From positions 558,001-622,000 of the forward strand of contig JAWMAR010000631.1 in assembly GCA_036785375.1 (NCBI GenBank): a stretch of 64,000 nucleotides of DNA, given 5' to 3'. Source of the stretch: Leucoraja ocellata (taxonomy: Eukaryota). Below the pieces are notes generated by a model. That model searched no databases. It was given only the letters and a program-made list of their open reading frames with translations, and was not told the origin of the DNA. This document shows positions 59,850 to 64,000 of the stretch, in pieces (within the stretch, counting starts at the first letter, position 1; every line of letters begins with the position of its first letter). The translations under genes and the position numbers were made by a program.

Positions 59850-60900
59850 TTTATCTTATTGTGGTCTATACTTCCATAGGGATCCAAAGATTACTCCTTT
59901 GTCATTGTAGATGATTAATCCAAAATATTGTGTTCTCAGATAGATTCTGATAGATACATATTTCTAAGAAACAATCCTTGATCGCACTCAACAAATTATT
60001 CTATTACGATACCTTGCCGGTTTGGCGCATCTAATTAATATGTAGATTAAAATCTCTCGATGATTGCAGTTCCCTTCAAACATGCCCTTGATATTTCCCC
60101 ATTTATGCTGTGCCCTGGTGAGAGGTCATTTTCTGTGGTGCCTACAGACTACTCCCACAAATGTTTTGTCTCCCCTACTATATGTGATTTCAACTAAAAC
60201 TGATTCTGCATTATTCTGCACTGCCTCAATGTCACAATTTAACACCGCTCTGCTATTACTTGATCACCCATACTACCTCCTCTTTTCTCTTTTAACTTTA
60301 GTTTTTGGAACATCATACATTTGGATTTTTGAGCATCCATTCCTGATCACTGCAACCACATCTCCATAATAGCTATTAATCATATTCACACATTCCTATC
60401 TAGGATGCTAATTCATCCCTCTTATAGTAAATGCTATTTGCATTTAAATAAAAACAGTTAATCTGTTTTTTTTTCATTCTTTTTATTAACGTTGAATTTG
60501 CTTGGTGCTGCACAATTTTGTTTGCATTTTCTGCCCCAACCTGTCATACCAGGCTTGTTAATTTCCCTCTCACTATACTATGCCACTGCTCATTCCTCTT
60601 GGTTTATTATACATCTCGTCCTTCGAATCCTTCTGAATCCTTATGTGATTCACCAGGATACTGGTCTCAGCGTGGTTCAAGTGAAGCCATCCCAATGGAA
60701 CAGTTCCCCTTTCCCAGTGTTGGTGCCAGTGTCCCATGAATTGGATCCTATTTCTACCACAACTTGTTCCAGCCACACATTTACCACCCACATCCTATTA
60801 CCCTTTGCCAATTAACTCATGACTCAGGAGATTATTATCCATGTGATTCAGCTTTTCAGTTTTGCCTTGAGCTCCTCAGAATCTCCGTGGAGCATTTTCT
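59850..60900 (-). mobile_element. Old CR1 (ORF1 esterase C-terminus and APE remnants)
   Basis: FMGHWHQHW..WLHLNHAETSILVNHI (60573-60791) aligns with ORF1 of the intact CR1; degenerate APE downstream. Confidence 0.75.
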
Positions 60901-62029
60901 GCCATAAGCATCTTTTATTTGCAGGAGAGATTTTTTACTTTACATTTTCACATAAAGTCATGGAATGAAGCAGCACAGGAGAAGACTATCGAAATGTGCC
61001 AGTTCTTTGAAAGAGCTGTTGGAGTTCTGAGGCTGGTTCCCGGGAGTTAATTTGATATTAGTCATCTTGACGGATTCCCACAAATGGTCTTTCATTACAT
61101 CGGCTTGTGTTAGCCATACTTAGGCCAACAGATTTTTCTCCTAAATGCCTATAAGTAGTTCCTGGGAGATAAATCAACAATTCTAGGAGATACTAGAAAA
61201 TCCAAGAGGCGGTCATTGCCTTTCTTTGATGGGAGAAATGTAATTGTTTTTCTCTCTCATCAGGCAGGGTAATTCACACATTCACTTCCTCTGTTCCATC
61301 CATCACATAGGCCGGGGATTGAGAATGCTTGTTGTATTAATATTCCTTATGAATAAATAGTTCAGAATAATGCCGTAACATGTTAGGTATGCCTGCATCT
61401 TTTCTTTTCATTTTAATAAATAATCTGTCTATTCATAGAATGATAGCATGTAGGTTTCCCTTCTTATTCTCATTCATTCTATGTTTGGAAAACATCCATT
61501 GAATATTTGGTCAATCCCTGAATTAAATGTATGGAGTGTATCTTTAAATGAACAAGACTCTGTTTTCTTGTGTGGCTTCTGATCCTATTCAATGGAAATG
61601 TCATGAAGTGTGCCTGCCTGGTAACAATGAAGTGTGCCTGCCTGGAATACAAATAAGAGTTCAGCCTTGTACATGTCTTTCCTTTATTCTGTATATGTAT
61701 TTGCTCATAGCTGTCTCCAATCAACATTATTGAATATCATTAGCACAGGGTTCAAATAAGCTTTTCTGAGTATTCATTCACAAAGTATGCTTTCCTGAGG
61801 AAAGCCACCATTTATTAATCTTAAAATGGATATTGAGATGTCTTCTTAAAGTGTTTAGTCTGAGGGCAATAGGTGCATCTAAAGGGTCTGTCCCACTTAC
61901 GCAACTATTATGAGAAACACAATTATTCTATGAAAAAAGAGATGGAACAGTCATTGGAGCATGTGATAAATATTAACTTTAGAAGGAAGAATTAAAAAAA
62001 AATATTATTTAAACCAAGTAAGGCTTTAA

Positions 62030-62390
62030 AATGTTATCATGCAAAGGGACCTGGAAGTCCTAGTTAATAAAAAATAAAAAGGTGCAAGTTGCAATAAAAT
62101 TTTAAGTACAGAACACAATTGAGAAAGATAATTACATGTTTGCCTTTATTGTAAGAGGTGTAGAGAACAAAAGATAAAAGGCTTAAATAAGAGAAAGATT
62201 GGCCATTTAAGCAATGAGAGGCAATCGTTTTGAAAAATATAAGAGTCTGAGGGAGATTGGCAGGGTAGATGTTGAGTAGATGTTTCTCCCAGTGGAGTGC
62301 TTAGAACTAGAGTCATATTTACAGAATAAGGGATTAACAATTTCAGAGAGATAATAAGGAACTCTTTTATATTAGGGGATTGTGATTCTT
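62030..62390 (+). mobile_element. Old CR1 3' fragment
   Basis: GCAAAGGGACCTGG.., GGGTAGATGTTG..AGAACTAGAGTCAT..AGAATAAGGGG. Confidence 0.6.
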
Positions 62391-62999
62391 TATTTTGGCG
62401 AGTGGTCTTGATCAAGGATTACTTGCATCGACTCTGAACTCTGAAGTGACTGATAAGGCCAATGTAGGTCACACAGATGATATGTATGTGGATAGGAGAT
62501 TCCTTAGTGGCAGGGTTTTGGTAGCGTGTGCTGTGGTGTGCTTCTTGTGTTATTTATGTGGGCTTCTGTGTTCCCAAAACCATAAATAATGCTAATTTTT
62601 CACTTTGAACTGTTGTTTCCATGGAGCTAGTTCCATGTTGCAATTTTAAGAAGCTTTTGAGAATATACTTGCATCCTTTCCTCTGATCACGTGGTGACCT
62701 CTTTGTGAAGCAGAATGCAAAACAGATTGTCTGTTTTGTGAGTCTGATGGCAGGAATGCAAATGTGATGATCTTTCCAGCAGAGTGCAATCGGGGCCTAA
62801 ATGCCTGTGATATTGGCCTGGTTGAGGCCAAATAGAGCATTGTTGTTATCCCATTAATTTGAGATGCCTTCTGCAGATAATCCAAGACTCAGCAGCAAGT
62901 GGGAAACTGGGAATCATGCTTCCTGGTAAACCAGGAGATCTGCAATGGTTTGGGGGTATTTTTCCTCAGTTGGCCAAAACAGTGGTGATGCTCTGAAGG

Positions 63000-64000
63000 T
63001 AATGGTGGATTTCTTCCTCTGCTGAGATGTTGATAGAATGCACTATTGAATAACTCAGTTGGGTGGTAGGTTTCAAGGTGTCTTTATTTGCAGCTTACAG
63101 TTGTTACAATTGGTACACCTTCATAAAAGAGGAGACAAATCAACCAAGATTAATCTATCTACGTTAATGTACAACCTTATTGTATTTGCACACTCATATG
63201 ACAATCTTTGCTTAGTCCCTCGCTTACTGGCCAAAACCTGCTCATTCGGGGCATGCCTCCTTCTTGTTGGTCCAGGTTCATGGGGATTGATTGGCATTAC
63301 CTCATTACCTTCAACCAAATAAGGGGTTGTTTACAGATTTCACTTGGTTTTAGTCAATTCTAACCAGTTCAGAAGCTGTTCTTTGGAAGGTACAAAGACT
63401 CAGCAGCAATTCTCTCCATCCTCTACAGAGGTGGTTCCTGAAACAACTGGAACATGTTTCCCAAGATCTTGTTGTGAATCATTATGATCGTGTTGTACAG
63501 CAAGGCAGATTGGTAGAGGAGCTGTGTGTTCTGGATCTTGGGTGTCGGACCAGCCTCATATATGTTAATTGAAGTAGCTGGTGATGATATGGGGCTCAGG
63601 CTCGGTACATGTACAGGCGCAAACACCATCTATGTGTTGCTGCTCTTTTACTGAGGCTGGGGTGATCTTGGTTTTGCTGTGTAGGTAATATAGGTTGAAC
63701 ATTTTCCCATTGTCCTGTAGATTCATTCAAGAATAAAGCTAATTGGAGTTAAGGAACAATATTGTAATTGGAAAGGTTGTAAAGAATGTTGGGACAATCA
63801 GCAGCCTTGCTTGACATCTTTCTCTTTACTGAGATTGGTTGTAGCTCTACTGGTTTTGGTCATGGCTTGCATACTGTGATGAAGCAAATGTAAAATGGTG
63901 ATGAATTTGTCTGGGCTTTAGAGGAGTACTTCCACAGTCCTTGCCAATTAATGGATTCAAAGGCCAAAAAAATAATACCAGGGACTCAAAGAATAAAATC
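63000..64000 (-). mobile_element. Decayed RTE-BovB-type LINE RT region (runs off the window)
   Basis: Minus strand AFESINWQGLWK, KFITILHLLHHSMQA and GKMFNLYYLHSKTKIT. Confidence 0.7.

Noticed and set aside
61602-61650. 24-bp tandem duplication ATGAAGTGTGCCTGCCTGG..
   Set aside because: Ordinary two-unit local duplication.
61881-61905. AAGGGTCTGTCCCACTTACG resembling the Harbinger TIR
   Set aside because: Solitary remnant with no partner TIR or body; too short to call an element.

Overview
This is eukaryotic, repeat-dominated genomic DNA. The repeat repertoire (CR1 with (TTTCTATG)n tails, tRNA-derived V-SINE/HE1-type SINEs, Penelope-derived palindromes) suggests a cartilaginous fish such as a skate, ray or shark; that is inference. 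I found no host protein-coding gene, rRNA, tRNA gene or CRISPR array, so the window looks like a large intron or gene desert. Main contents: (1) many CR1 LINEs, including one full-length, ORF-intact copy (esterase ORF1 plus APE-RT ORF2, 49151-53903, minus strand) and two near-identical 5'-truncated copies; (2) two decayed L1/Tx1 ORF2s and fragments of Rex1/Babar, L2, RTE-BovB, Penelope, Gypsy and Tigger; (3) hAT and Harbinger MITEs; (4) a DIRS1-type tyrosine-recombinase retroelement (45395-54819) with perfect termini and ICR but dead internal genes; (5) two non-autonomous Helitron-like elements, one carrying a CCAAT minisatellite, an L2 fragment and a CR1. The most interesting signals are the DIRS, the composite Helitron, hammerhead-ribozyme-like cores in the Penelope-derived repeats, and a diverged duplicated hairpin in unique DNA (about 37.1 and 38.8 kb). 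There is a 177-N assembly gap at 25433-25609. Family names come from recognised motifs, not database searches, and boundaries of old elements are approximate.
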